From Candidatus Poribacteria bacterium (GTDB lineage: Bacteria; Poribacteria; WGA-4E; PCPOR2b): a stretch of DNA of 64,000 nucleotides. The stretch lies in the NCBI GenBank assembly GCA_965116925.1, contig OZ220744.1, forward strand, positions 2,688,001 to 2,752,000, read 5' to 3'. Position 1 is the first letter of the stretch. Each line of letters begins with the position of its first letter. Shown one piece after another: positions 19,528-29,322 of this stretch. The translations under genes and the position numbers were made by a program. Below the pieces are notes generated by a model. It saw only the letters and a list, made by a program, of their open reading frames with translations, did no database searches and was not told where the DNA came from.

Positions 19528-20397
19528 ATGAAAACAGTTGGTTTTTTCGTTAATACATCCAAACCTCACGCGCTGCAGGTTGCCACGGAGGCTTGCGGTT
19601 GGCTCAGAAAGCACGGGGTAAAGCCGCTCGTTCCCGATGCGGAAGCTGCGCTACTCGGTCTGGCAGGTGCGGGCTGTAATCGGCGTGAATTGGCTGCACA
19701 GTGTGATCTGTTATTGGTCCTCGGCGGTGACGGCACCCTTCTTGACGCTGCACATATACCCGACATCGAGAATGTCCCTATCCTCGCTGCGAATCTCGGT
19801 AGCCTCGGTTTCCTCACGGATGTTCCCCGCGACCAACTTTACGCTGCATTGACCAACGTTTTTAATGGCGATTACAAAATTGATCGGCGGATGATGTTAG
19901 AGGTCAGCGTCGATAACCATGAACAGGAGTTTGCCAATTCGTTTGCACTCAACGATGTTGTGATTCGCCACTATACGCAACTCATTGAACTGGAATCCTA
20001 CATTGACGGCGAACCATTCGTTACCTACAATGCTGACGGACTGATTATCGCTACATCAAGTGGCTCAACCGCCTATTCCTTAGCGTGCGGGGGACCCATC
20101 GTTGAACCGCATCTCAACGCAATTCTCTTGACACCGATTTCGCCGCATTCATTAACGATGCGCCCTTTTATTGCACATGGGGATTCAGAGATTACTGTCG
20201 TTATGCAATCCGATTATAGCAGTGTTACCCTGCTTGTCGATGGGGCCCGTGAGACACACACGGTTGCTCCCAATTCCTTAATTCGTGTGCGTAAAGCGGA
20301 TAAGACAATCCAGCTGATTCGTTCTCATCACCATAGCAATTATGAGGTCTTGCAGACGAAATTAATGTTGGGCGAGGGAACGAAGCGAAAAACGTGA
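19528..20397 (+). CDS. nadK: NAD kinase
   Basis: LGGDGTLL, NLGSLGFL, ALND, DGLIIAT.SGSTAYSL..GGP. Confidence 0.95.
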   Translation: MKTVGFFVNTSKPHALQVATEACGWLRKHGVKPLVPDAEAALLGLAGAGCNRRELAAQCDLLLVLGGDGTLLDAAHIPDIENVPILAANLGSLGFLTDVPRDQLYAALTNVFNGDYKIDRRMMLEVSVDNHEQEFANSFALNDVVIRHYTQLIELESYIDGEPFVTYNADGLIIATSSGSTAYSLACGGPIVEPHLNAILLTPISPHSLTMRPFIAHGDSEITVVMQSDYSSVTLLVDGARETHTVAPNSLIRVRKADKTIQLIRSHHHSNYEVLQTKLMLGEGTKRKT

Positions 20398-20430
20398 TTG
20401 GTTCATTATTGGAAAAGGATATTGCTTGCT

Positions 20431-20595
20431 ATGGAACGAAAAACTGAAGCTGAAGATGGAGTGAAAACAGAGCGACGCAAAGCGTGGGAGGTTTTTATCG
20501 CTAACAATCGCGAGAGGGAGATATATGTTGATCGGGAGATCGATATTTCCCGGCTATGCGATGAAATGAACGATATGGAAAAAGGAATAGAGTAG
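20431..20595 (+). CDS. Small hypothetical, antitoxin-like protein
   Basis: 54-aa charged ORF ending DREIDISRLCDEMND. Confidence 0.4.
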   Translation: MERKTEAEDGVKTERRKAWEVFIANNREREIYVDREIDISRLCDEMNDMEKGIE

Positions 20596-20680
20596 TAGGC
20601 ATACTCCGTATGCCGTAACCGTTATGCAAATTACGGCACCCCAGCATCACCTGAAACTTGATTGTAATCATCATTACGAA

Positions 20681-20779
20681 CTGGAATGCGCCAAGCGAGC
20701 GGTGGAAATCGCGATTGAGCAGGACGAACAAACCGCGATTGACTATCTGGAAAGAGAAACGCAGGAGGTAACCGGATGA
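20681..20779 (+). pseudogene. C-terminal remnant resembling a restriction-modification specificity (HsdS-like) subunit
   Basis: LECAKRAVEIAIEQDEQTAIDYLERETQEVTG*; its TGA overlaps the ATG of the next gene (ATGA). Confidence 0.55.
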
Positions 20780-22080
20780 ACATCACCCAATTCACAATGG
20801 AGGAGGTACGCTGCTTTGCGGAACGGCAAGAGTTCAACATTCGCCCCCTGACGTTTTTGGTCGGAGAAAACAGTACCGGCAAGACCACAGCCTTGGGGTG
20901 TTTCCAAATATTAACTAATTATTTGAATGGTTTGGGAATAGATTTTAATTCACCTCCCTATTCAATGGGAACCTTTAGGGATATTGTCAGAAACAGCAAA
21001 AAAAAAGAAAAAGCGTTTACGCTTGGGTTTACCTTTAAAAACAAGAATGAAAATGTCGAATGTACCGTTGAATTTGTCGAAAGGAAGAGAGGGGTTGAAC
21101 CTGTCGCTAAGTTAGTAACGGTCAAATTCGCTGATGGCGAAATTGTTTTAAGTACTAATGATACGAGGGAAGTGGATAAACTTGCCTCTTTTGATAAAGA
21201 ACGGAATCAATATCGTCTGGATGTGGATTTTGCTGCTTTGAATGTCAGGCCTCCACTCTCCCTTTTAAGGCCTTTTAGTCATAAACAGGAGGGACAATCT
21301 GAAAACGAAAGGGCCTTAACGGACTATCTAGCGAAAAAGGATGAAGATACTGGAAGAAGCAGATACCAATTACGGGATATCTGGGACCCCACGTCCGTAT
21401 TTAGTAGTTCGCCTATTCGTTCGGAACCGAAACGGACCTATGATCCGACAAGGTTCTTTTACAACCCGGAAGGGGGCGACGTGCCAATGCTGTTAATGCG
21501 AATACAAGCAACTGACAAGAAGAGGTGGGAAGCCTTGAAAGCGCAGTTGGTCGAATTTGGCAAGCGTTCGGAACTGTTTCAGAACATAGAAATAAAACAA
21601 CTTGGACGGTCTTTGGGGTCCCCATTCCAACTGAAGTTTAAGGTCAGGGGACCAAGTTCCAATATCACCGATGTTGGTTACGGTGTCAGTCAAATTTTGC
21701 CAATTTTGGTGTATATTTTAGATCCCGATATTTCTGGAAATCAGATAGATTTTTACTTATTACAACAGCCTGAAGTCCATCTGCATCCGAGGGCGCAGGC
21801 AGAACTATCTTCTCTACTAGCAACATTGGCAAGCGAGGGTAATCGGACCTTTATCGTTGAAACACACAGCGACTATATGATTGATCGAGCGCGCATCGAA
21901 ATTAGAAAAGGTAATATCCGCCCTGAAGATGTGTCGTTGATATATTTGGAGCCAAAAGGGCGGGTTGTCAAGGCACATAACATCAGTTTTGATAAAATGA
22001 GTAATATGGAGGGGGTACCTCCTCATTACAGAGAATTTTTCATGACAGAATACCGCCATCTTATGGGTTTTGAGGATTGA
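20776..22080 (+). CDS. ABC/AAA_21-type ATPase with DUF3696-like tail
   Basis: GENSTGKT Walker A, VGYGVSQILP signature, LLQQPEVHLHP Walker B region, IVETHS H-loop. Confidence 0.9.
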   Translation: MNITQFTMEEVRCFAERQEFNIRPLTFLVGENSTGKTTALGCFQILTNYLNGLGIDFNSPPYSMGTFRDIVRNSKKKEKAFTLGFTFKNKNENVECTVEFVERKRGVEPVAKLVTVKFADGEIVLSTNDTREVDKLASFDKERNQYRLDVDFAALNVRPPLSLLRPFSHKQEGQSENERALTDYLAKKDEDTGRSRYQLRDIWDPTSVFSSSPIRSEPKRTYDPTRFFYNPEGGDVPMLLMRIQATDKKRWEALKAQLVEFGKRSELFQNIEIKQLGRSLGSPFQLKFKVRGPSSNITDVGYGVSQILPILVYILDPDISGNQIDFYLLQQPEVHLHPRAQAELSSLLATLASEGNRTFIVETHSDYMIDRARIEIRKGNIRPEDVSLIYLEPKGRVVKAHNISFDKMSNMEGVPPHYREFFMTEYRHLMGFED

Positions 22081-22511
22081 TTATGTGTATTATTGTGGAT
22101 GCCAATATGTTTAGTGCGTTTAGGGACCCCACCGATGAGAATATGGAACCTGTGTGGAATTGGTTAAGAAAAAAGAATGGCAAGATAGCTTACTCAAGCA
22201 CAGAGAAATTTGAAGAGGAATGGGAAAGAGGGGGAGTAACCGATTTGATAAAGCTATTAAGACAAGCTGAACAACTGAAAGAGATACCTCCCCCAAAGGT
22301 GGAAGCAAAAGAGAATGAGCTCAACCGAGAAAGAGCAATTAGGTCAAATGACCCGCATATTATCGCATTAGCCATTGTAGCAGATGTGAAAGTATTGATT
22401 TCCAATGACAGAAGATTACACGAAGACTTTAAAAATCGTAATCTGGTCGGCGGCAAGGTATACCAGACAAAAAGCCATTCGCGTCTGCTGCGTAACGATA
22501 CCTGTCTTTAG
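22077..22511 (+). CDS. PIN-domain protein
   Basis: IIVDAN, SNDPHIIALA, LISND..L..DF; overlaps the ATPase stop. Confidence 0.8.
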   Translation: MIMCIIVDANMFSAFRDPTDENMEPVWNWLRKKNGKIAYSSTEKFEEEWERGGVTDLIKLLRQAEQLKEIPPPKVEAKENELNRERAIRSNDPHIIALAIVADVKVLISNDRRLHEDFKNRNLVGGKVYQTKSHSRLLRNDTCL

Positions 22512-22778
22512 TAGGGAACAACGATCGTTATTATCTGCAATCAACAATAAGAATCCCAACGATAAGATAAAACGTAACTGTTTGTAACTGTTTGTAATAC
22601 GATTGAAGGTCTATGACAAAACGTTTCATGCTGAAATAGGGACAATTTTCCCATTTGCGCGGGAAAATTGGGAAAATTTGATTTTCGCACGGAAAACGTA
22701 ACCTTTTTAATCTCATTTATGCTACCTTAACACCTCATCTTTTAACTGCGTAAGTCCTACAAGAAATTAAAAGTTGCC

Positions 22779-24494
22779 ATGATTGAAGAACTGTACATAA
22801 GCAATGTTGCCCTTATTGATGAGCTTCAGTTGGAGTGTTCCTCCGGTCTGAATGTTTTCACGGGGGAGACGGGTGCGGGTAAATCGGTGATCTTAAACGC
22901 TGTGGGGCTTGCGCTCGGTGAACGTAGTAACGCTGGGCTTGTCAGAGATGGGGCGAGGAATGCCAAGATTCAGATCGCGGTTGCACTGCCCCCGGACCAT
23001 CCCGTGTGGGACGGTTTTAACGATTCCGAATTTGCTGACACTTTAGAGGCAGAGGAAACGTTGATTTTATCCCGACAGATTAATGCAAGCGGACGCAGTC
23101 GTTGCCACACCAATGGACAGTTGGTGAGCTTGACATTCTTGAGTGCAATCGGCGATCTGCTCGTCGATATTCACGGGCAGCATGCACACCAATCGCTCTT
23201 CCGGTCTGAAACCCACCTGGATCTCGTTGATACGTTCGGCAGGCATGAATCACTGAAGGCGGCAGTCGGTAAAAAGTACGACGAACTCCACGCCGCCCAA
23301 GCACAACTGGCTGATTATTCTCAAACACTTCGTGAGGCGATGCAGGAGAAGGATCTGTTAGAGTTTCAACTAGAAGAACTAGAGGATGCCCAACTCCAAG
23401 AGGGAGAGGAGGAGGAACTTGTCAACGAACGGCATCTCCTCAGCAATGCAGAAACCCTCTTTGAATCAGCCAATCAACTCTACGAGGAGCTTTATGGCGG
23501 CGACCTATCGGAATCTTCGACGCTAGACGGGCTCAAGATAGCGAGCCGTACGCTTTCTAAACTCTACGAATTAGATGGCAGCCTGTCAGAATTGAACGAG
23601 CGTTTCGAGTCCGCCCTGTACGAGTTGGAGGACATCGTCTATCAGATCCGCGATTATCGTGATAAAATTGAGTTTAATCCGCACCGCCTTTCAGAAGTTG
23701 AGGAACGGCTAGACCTCATCCATCGACTCAAGCGGAAGTACGGTGATTCAATCTCCGAGATTTTAGCCTACCAAGCGCAAGCCTCGCAGAAACTTGAGGA
23801 ACTTCAATTCGGTTCCGAGCGCATTGAAGAGTTGAAGGATCAGATTCACCTTGTGACAGAGCAAGCTCAGGAACTTGCGATTGAACTTTCCGAGAAACGG
23901 AGAGCGACTGCGACCCAACTTGAATCTCTAATCGAGCGTGAACTCCAGACGCTGGGAATGGAAAAAGCGGCTTTCCAGATCCTTGTGTCCCCTATAGAGT
24001 CCACCGAGGGCCCCTTGGAGATAGAGGGGCAACGGTATGAACTACGGACTGACGGGATGGATGAGATTGAATTCCTCATCTCTCCCAACGTTGGATCCGA
24101 ACCGAAGCCGTTGGCGAAAATAGCGTCGGGGGGGGAAATCTCTCGCGTGATGTTGGCATTGAAAACGGTGCTTGCCCAAGTCGATCTGATTCCGACGATG
24201 ATCTTTGACGAAATCGATGCAGGTATTGGTGGACGCACCGCGGATATCGTCGGCCGGAAACTAAAGGAACTGTCACGTTTTCGTCAAGTCTTTTGTATCA
24301 CGCATCTGCCGCAGATTGCGCGTTTCGCAGACCAGCATTTTCGGGTTGAAAAAGATGAGGACGGAAATCGCACAACGATCACGGCAAAACTCCTGACACC
24401 GGAAGAGCGGGTTGAGGAGGTAGCTCGGATGCACGGCGGCGAAGCGACAGTAACGACGCTCGCCCATGCGAGGGAGCTGTTGGAGGGACAATAG
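22779..24494 (+). CDS. recN: DNA repair protein RecN
   Basis: TGETGAGKS, IHGQH, IASGGE.SR, FDEID, CITHLPQIA. Confidence 0.97.
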   Translation: MIEELYISNVALIDELQLECSSGLNVFTGETGAGKSVILNAVGLALGERSNAGLVRDGARNAKIQIAVALPPDHPVWDGFNDSEFADTLEAEETLILSRQINASGRSRCHTNGQLVSLTFLSAIGDLLVDIHGQHAHQSLFRSETHLDLVDTFGRHESLKAAVGKKYDELHAAQAQLADYSQTLREAMQEKDLLEFQLEELEDAQLQEGEEEELVNERHLLSNAETLFESANQLYEELYGGDLSESSTLDGLKIASRTLSKLYELDGSLSELNERFESALYELEDIVYQIRDYRDKIEFNPHRLSEVEERLDLIHRLKRKYGDSISEILAYQAQASQKLEELQFGSERIEELKDQIHLVTEQAQELAIELSEKRRATATQLESLIERELQTLGMEKAAFQILVSPIESTEGPLEIEGQRYELRTDGMDEIEFLISPNVGSEPKPLAKIASGGEISRVMLALKTVLAQVDLIPTMIFDEIDAGIGGRTADIVGRKLKELSRFRQVFCITHLPQIARFADQHFRVEKDEDGNRTTITAKLLTPEERVEEVARMHGGEATVTTLAHARELLEGQ

Positions 24495-24497
24495 CGT

Positions 24498-27400
24498 ATG
24501 GAAGATAGATTTATACAAGAGAGCGGTACAAATGTTTATACCGGTTGCGAATTGCTAGTCAAAGGTGCCCTCGAAGGACAGGTCAATTTGCTTACGGGAT
24601 ACCCCGGCTCACCGTTGGCAGAGGTGTTCGACGTAATGAAAGCCAACGCAGCCCTCCTCAAAGAACACGGTATCCTCGCGCAGATTGGTAACAACGAAGC
24701 CCTCAGCGTCGCAAGGCTCAACGGCTCACAGATGGCGAATTTACGCGCTGCTGCCTTTATGAAGAACGTCGGGATGCATGTGGCATCGGATGCGTTGGCG
24801 ATTAGCAATTTGGCGGGGACAACGGGCGGTGCGGTTGTCGTCGTCGGGGATGACACATGGGGATCAAGCACACAAGTCCCGGCGGATTCACGTTTTCTAG
24901 CCCGTCACCTCTACACGCCGGTCATCGAACCGAGCACATTTCAAGAGATGAAAGATTGGTTAAGTGCTGCCTTTGAAATCTCTGCCAGGTCCAATCTGTA
25001 TGTCACCTATATCGTAACGCTCAATCAGGCGGAGGGCGGCGGCAGTGTGGAATTGCGTCCGAACCGCTATCCTGAGACCTCCACGAAAAATCAGACGGTA
25101 ATCGATACGGCATTGATCAACGGTTCAAACCGGATTATTTTGCCGCCTGACACACCTCGGATTGAGATTGAAACCTTAACGGAACGATTCCCCAATGCGG
25201 TTAAGAGTGCCCGGGAACACAACCTAAATCAGATCTACTACCTGAATGACTCGGAACACGAGATCGGATTTATCGCTTCAGGGCTAGGGTATTCCTATCT
25301 CGAACACGCGCTTTACGAGCTGGAGTTCCAGGAACGGATTCCAATCCTAAAACTTGGGTTGACGCATCCCGTTGATGAAGAGATTGTGCGCGAATTTACA
25401 TCGCGTGTGCGCGAAGTCTACGTCGTTGAGGAGAAGCGACCGTTACTTGAGAAAGACATCAAGGCGATTGTTGGTCGTTTTTATCAAAATGGCGAAATGG
25501 ATCGGCTTGTGCAGGTATGGGGCAAGGAATTTCCAGATGGCTTGGAGGGAATTCCGGATTCGCTCGGACTCAACCCGACAATACTAATCCAACGACTGAT
25601 TCCGCTGCTTCGGCATAAGTTTGGGGGCAAAGATAAATCTATCGCGATTGATCCAGAGGTGTTTGTCCGTGAGGAACAACACCTCGAAGGGGTCAAGGCA
25701 CATCAAGTTGACATTCCCGCACGAACACCCACTTTCTGTCCGGGGTGTCCACATCGCGACTCTGCGAGTGTTTTCAAAGAAATTGCCGATCAATTTATGG
25801 ATACGAAATATATGGAGCGGCACCACGCACGGTCTCCCGTTGACCTCGTCTTTCATGGAGACATCGGCTGTTACTCAATGCTGAAATACGAGCCGTTTCC
25901 GCGCTTGATGCACAACCTCTCGGCAATGGCACTCGGCGGCGGGGCAGGCGCCGGGATCGATCCGTTTATCACGAACAAGCAGATTGTCTTTATGGGGGAT
26001 TCCACGTTCTTCCACGGCGGGATGTCGGCGATTTCCGATTCGATTAAAAATGGGCAGGATCTCACCTACGTCATTTTGGATAATCAGACGACTGGGATGA
26101 CAGGGCATCAACCCACACCATCGACGGAAGACGACATCCTCGGCAATCCAACGTTTGCACAGGACATTGAAAAGGTTGTCGAAGGACTTGCGGGCGATGC
26201 AGATCTTTTTATCATCCGCACCAACCCGGAGAATCGTGTAGAGTACCAGAAACTGGTCGAGGAGACGATTCTCAAGCCGGGTGTCAAAATTCTCATCGCC
26301 GATAAGGAGTGCGGCATCACCTATCACCGTCGGCTGCGACGTGAACACCAGCTAACAATCAAAGAACGCGGCTTTCTATCGGTCGAAAAACATATAAATA
26401 TCACCCCGGAAGTCTGCGAATTCTGCCTTGAGTGTACCAACGCAACAGGTTGTCCCGGCTTGAAGATAACCGAAACGGACTATGGACCGAAGATTGGAAT
26501 CGATCAGTCGAACTGTGTATCCGATGGTGCTTGTGCGCGGATCAAGTGGGCGTGTCCCTCCTTCGAGGAGGTGACAGTCACCCGCAAACGTCCACCACGT
26601 CAACCGGTGGATTTGGATGTCATGTCATCCGATTCTGCGGAGCTTTTACCACCACCGGCACGAACGTTCGACCAGACATGGAGCGTCCATGCCGCAGGCG
26701 TTGGCGGGATGGGGATTGGTACAATCTCCAAGGTTCTGGTACTTGCAGGACGGGCGCAAGGGTATCATGTAAAGTTTTTCGACAAGAAGGGATTGGCAAT
26801 TCGTAATGGGGGGGTTTACACAAACCTTATTTATTCAAAGACAAAAGTAGAGCTCTCCCCGATTATTCCGTATGGGAAAGCAGATCTACTGCTCGGCATG
26901 GATATGCTGGAAGCGGTGCGTGGTCTTGATACGAAAGCTGGATTCTGTGTTGCGTCACCCGATCGAACAGTTGCCATCGTTAATACTGCTAAAACAGATA
27001 CGGTGACGACCCTCATCGGTCAGGACGATTTCAAACTCGCGGATTTAGAGAACTGGTTACAGCACTACACCGACGCAGATGCCTATTTTGGGGCGGATGT
27101 GTTCGAGATTTCCGAAAGGTATCTCGGAAATAAACTCTATGCCAACATGATGCTGCTCGGTGCTGCTTTTCAACGAGGGCATCTGCCACTTGAACTTGAA
27201 GCCATTCAATCGGCGTTAAAATTGGCGGTAAGACCCGCGGACTTAGAAACGAACCAACGCGCTTTTGACATGGGCAGACGCCTCGCTGTGGATCCAGACG
27301 CTTTTGCGACGGTATCGCAGCGGCAAACGTACAAAACTTTACTCCGAGAGAAATACGAAAGTTTAGCCCGTAAGCGGCGCGGTGAAGCACTCGCTCACAA

Positions 27401-28052
27401 ATATGAAGTGCTTGTTCAACAGACGGTGGAAAAGCTGGAATTGGACGACGAAACCAATCGAAGTTTTGCGTTGTATGTGTATGACCTCATCCAATTTGAG
27501 GATTTGGAGTATGCGTGTCTATACGTTGAAAAGATTAAAGGGGTCCATTCCAAAGATTTGGCTGATATGGCCTACCGTGCAACGAAAGCTGCGATCAAAT
27601 ATCTGCATAAGGTTATGCTCATCAAGGACGAAGTGTATGTGGCTCATCTGCTGACCAACGAGACTAAATTAAGGCGTGACAAGGAGTTGTACAACGTTGA
27701 TGAATCGAATGGGGATAAAATTAAGTACGTCCACCTCAACCGGCCCCGTTTCACTATTATGGGTCGAGATCTTCAGTGGGACATGAATACCAAAAACTGG
27801 CAGCTAAGATTAATGAAACGGATGCGGTTCCTCAGACGTTTGCTATCGCAATGGCATAAACTAGAAAAAGTATTCCGAGATTGGTATATCGCTGAAGTGA
27901 TTGATACCTTTGCGCCACACGATAGAGAGAGCTATGAAGATCATGTCAGTGCGATAGAGGTGCCTGAAGAGGTACGTGGATATCGAGAGGTGCGTTATCC
28001 AAAGATGGAAAACGCTAGAAAAAAAGTTGAAGCACTGTTACGGAACGCGTAA
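24498..28052 (+). CDS. Fused indolepyruvate:ferredoxin oxidoreductase (alpha+beta+DUF6537-like)
   Basis: GYPGSP, FCPGCPH, GDIGC, GDSTF, TTGMTGHQ, ferredoxin Cys cluster, GVGGMG. Confidence 0.9.
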   Translation: MEDRFIQESGTNVYTGCELLVKGALEGQVNLLTGYPGSPLAEVFDVMKANAALLKEHGILAQIGNNEALSVARLNGSQMANLRAAAFMKNVGMHVASDALAISNLAGTTGGAVVVVGDDTWGSSTQVPADSRFLARHLYTPVIEPSTFQEMKDWLSAAFEISARSNLYVTYIVTLNQAEGGGSVELRPNRYPETSTKNQTVIDTALINGSNRIILPPDTPRIEIETLTERFPNAVKSAREHNLNQIYYLNDSEHEIGFIASGLGYSYLEHALYELEFQERIPILKLGLTHPVDEEIVREFTSRVREVYVVEEKRPLLEKDIKAIVGRFYQNGEMDRLVQVWGKEFPDGLEGIPDSLGLNPTILIQRLIPLLRHKFGGKDKSIAIDPEVFVREEQHLEGVKAHQVDIPARTPTFCPGCPHRDSASVFKEIADQFMDTKYMERHHARSPVDLVFHGDIGCYSMLKYEPFPRLMHNLSAMALGGGAGAGIDPFITNKQIVFMGDSTFFHGGMSAISDSIKNGQDLTYVILDNQTTGMTGHQPTPSTEDDILGNPTFAQDIEKVVEGLAGDADLFIIRTNPENRVEYQKLVEETILKPGVKILIADKECGITYHRRLRREHQLTIKERGFLSVEKHINITPEVCEFCLECTNATGCPGLKITETDYGPKIGIDQSNCVSDGACARIKWACPSFEEVTVTRKRPPRQPVDLDVMSSDSAELLPPPARTFDQTWSVHAAGVGGMGIGTISKVLVLAGRAQGYHVKFFDKKGLAIRNGGVYTNLIYSKTKVELSPIIPYGKADLLLGMDMLEAVRGLDTKAGFCVASPDRTVAIVNTAKTDTVTTLIGQDDFKLADLENWLQHYTDADAYFGADVFEISERYLGNKLYANMMLLGAAFQRGHLPLELEAIQSALKLAVRPADLETNQRAFDMGRRLAVDPDAFATVSQRQTYKTLLREKYESLARKRRGEALAHKYEVLVQQTVEKLELDDETNRSFALYVYDLIQFEDLEYACLYVEKIKGVHSKDLADMAYRATKAAIKYLHKVMLIKDEVYVAHLLTNETKLRRDKELYNVDESNGDKIKYVHLNRPRFTIMGRDLQWDMNTKNWQLRLMKRMRFLRRLLSQWHKLEKVFRDWYIAEVIDTFAPHDRESYEDHVSAIEVPEEVRGYREVRYPKMENARKKVEALLRNA

Positions 28053-28078
28053 GGTTTTCACGTTCCACTTCATACACC

Positions 28079-28933
28079 ATGCAAATCACAGGTCACACGA
28101 AAATCGTTGGCATTATCGGCGCCCCGATCGAACATAGCCGCTCTCCGCAGATACACAACGCAGCAATTGCCGCCCTCAGCTTGGATTATGTCTATGTACC
28201 CTTTCATGTTCAGCCTGACAATTTAGGCGCAGCGATTGAAGGGTTCAAGGCAGCCAATGTCGTCGGTATTAACGTAACGATTCCACACAAACAGAACGTC
28301 ATCCCGTACCTTGATGAGATATCAAGGGAAGCGACGCTCATCGGTGCTGTTAATACGTTGATTTTCAAAGATGGAGCAATTAGCGGCGAGAATACAGACG
28401 CCCCCGGTTTCTTACAAGCAATGCAGGAAGAGGAGCTTGATGTGCCTCAAGGGGGTTCGGCTGTCATCATTGGAGCGGGTGGGTCATCACGCGCAGTTGT
28501 TGTTGCCCTTGCCCTTGCTGGGGTACGGACGATTTGCATTACCAATCGTACCGTTTCAAGAGCGGTTGCGCTTGCCACGGATCTCTCAGAGAAAACAGAC
28601 GCATCAATCTACGGAATAGGGCTTGACGATCCCAAGCTACCAAACGCTGTGGGAACGAGTCAGTTAATTGTCAATACAGCATCTACGAGTATGGATATTT
28701 CGCATCCGCTGCTGATTGATCCTGAGTGGTTAGCACCACAATCCATCGTTTACGATATTGTCTACACCCCTCCCGAAACGCGCCTTCTACAAGCTGCGGC
28801 GGAGAAGGACTGTCACACAATCGGCGGCTTAGGTATGCTCGTCCATCAAGGAGCGATTGCTTTTGAGAGATGGACCGGCGTTAATCCGCCTGTCGAAACC
28901 ATGCGGCAAGCACTCCAAGGTGCATTCGATTAG
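28079..28933 (+). CDS. aroE: Shikimate dehydrogenase
   Basis: HSRSP.IHN, NVTIPHK, GAVNT, NTD..GF, GAGG, DIVY.P..T, GLGMLV.QG. Confidence 0.95.
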   Translation: MQITGHTKIVGIIGAPIEHSRSPQIHNAAIAALSLDYVYVPFHVQPDNLGAAIEGFKAANVVGINVTIPHKQNVIPYLDEISREATLIGAVNTLIFKDGAISGENTDAPGFLQAMQEEELDVPQGGSAVIIGAGGSSRAVVVALALAGVRTICITNRTVSRAVALATDLSEKTDASIYGIGLDDPKLPNAVGTSQLIVNTASTSMDISHPLLIDPEWLAPQSIVYDIVYTPPETRLLQAAAEKDCHTIGGLGMLVHQGAIAFERWTGVNPPVETMRQALQGAFD

Positions 28934-28949
28934 AAGTGAGAGGTTAATT

Positions 28950-29294
28950 ATGAGTATCGAAAATTCTTTTTCTTCGGGAACCCCGACATCCGCGCCAATT
29001 AAGGTGGATATTTTTCATTCGCAGTATCTTATACAACCGACCGAGCATTTACCAGCGGAAGACATTCGTGAGTTGGCTGCCTACGTGGATGGGCGGCTGC
29101 ACGAAATGAGTCGAAAAACCTCGCGTGATAAGTTCGACATCGCGATCATGGTCGCATTACAAATTGCGGCGCAGATGTGTGAAGATCAGAAACGTTTCCA
29201 ACAATCGATCCATCGCATGATCGAGGAGCTTGAGAAAGCTGTAGAAGGTAAATCTGCCCCTGAATCAGACTCATCTACATCGCTATTCAGTTAG
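28950..29294 (+). CDS. zapA: Cell division protein ZapA
   Basis: V.IF..QY.I, LA.YVD..L.E, IAIMVALQIA, C-terminal coiled coil. Confidence 0.7.
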   Translation: MSIENSFSSGTPTSAPIKVDIFHSQYLIQPTEHLPAEDIRELAAYVDGRLHEMSRKTSRDKFDIAIMVALQIAAQMCEDQKRFQQSIHRMIEELEKAVEGKSAPESDSSTSLFS

Positions 29295-29322
29295 AAATTC
29301 TCACACAGGTTTTTTCGATAAA

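Noticed and set aside
29295..29322. 6S RNA downstream of zapA
   Set aside because: Only 28 bp separate zapA from the convergent gene
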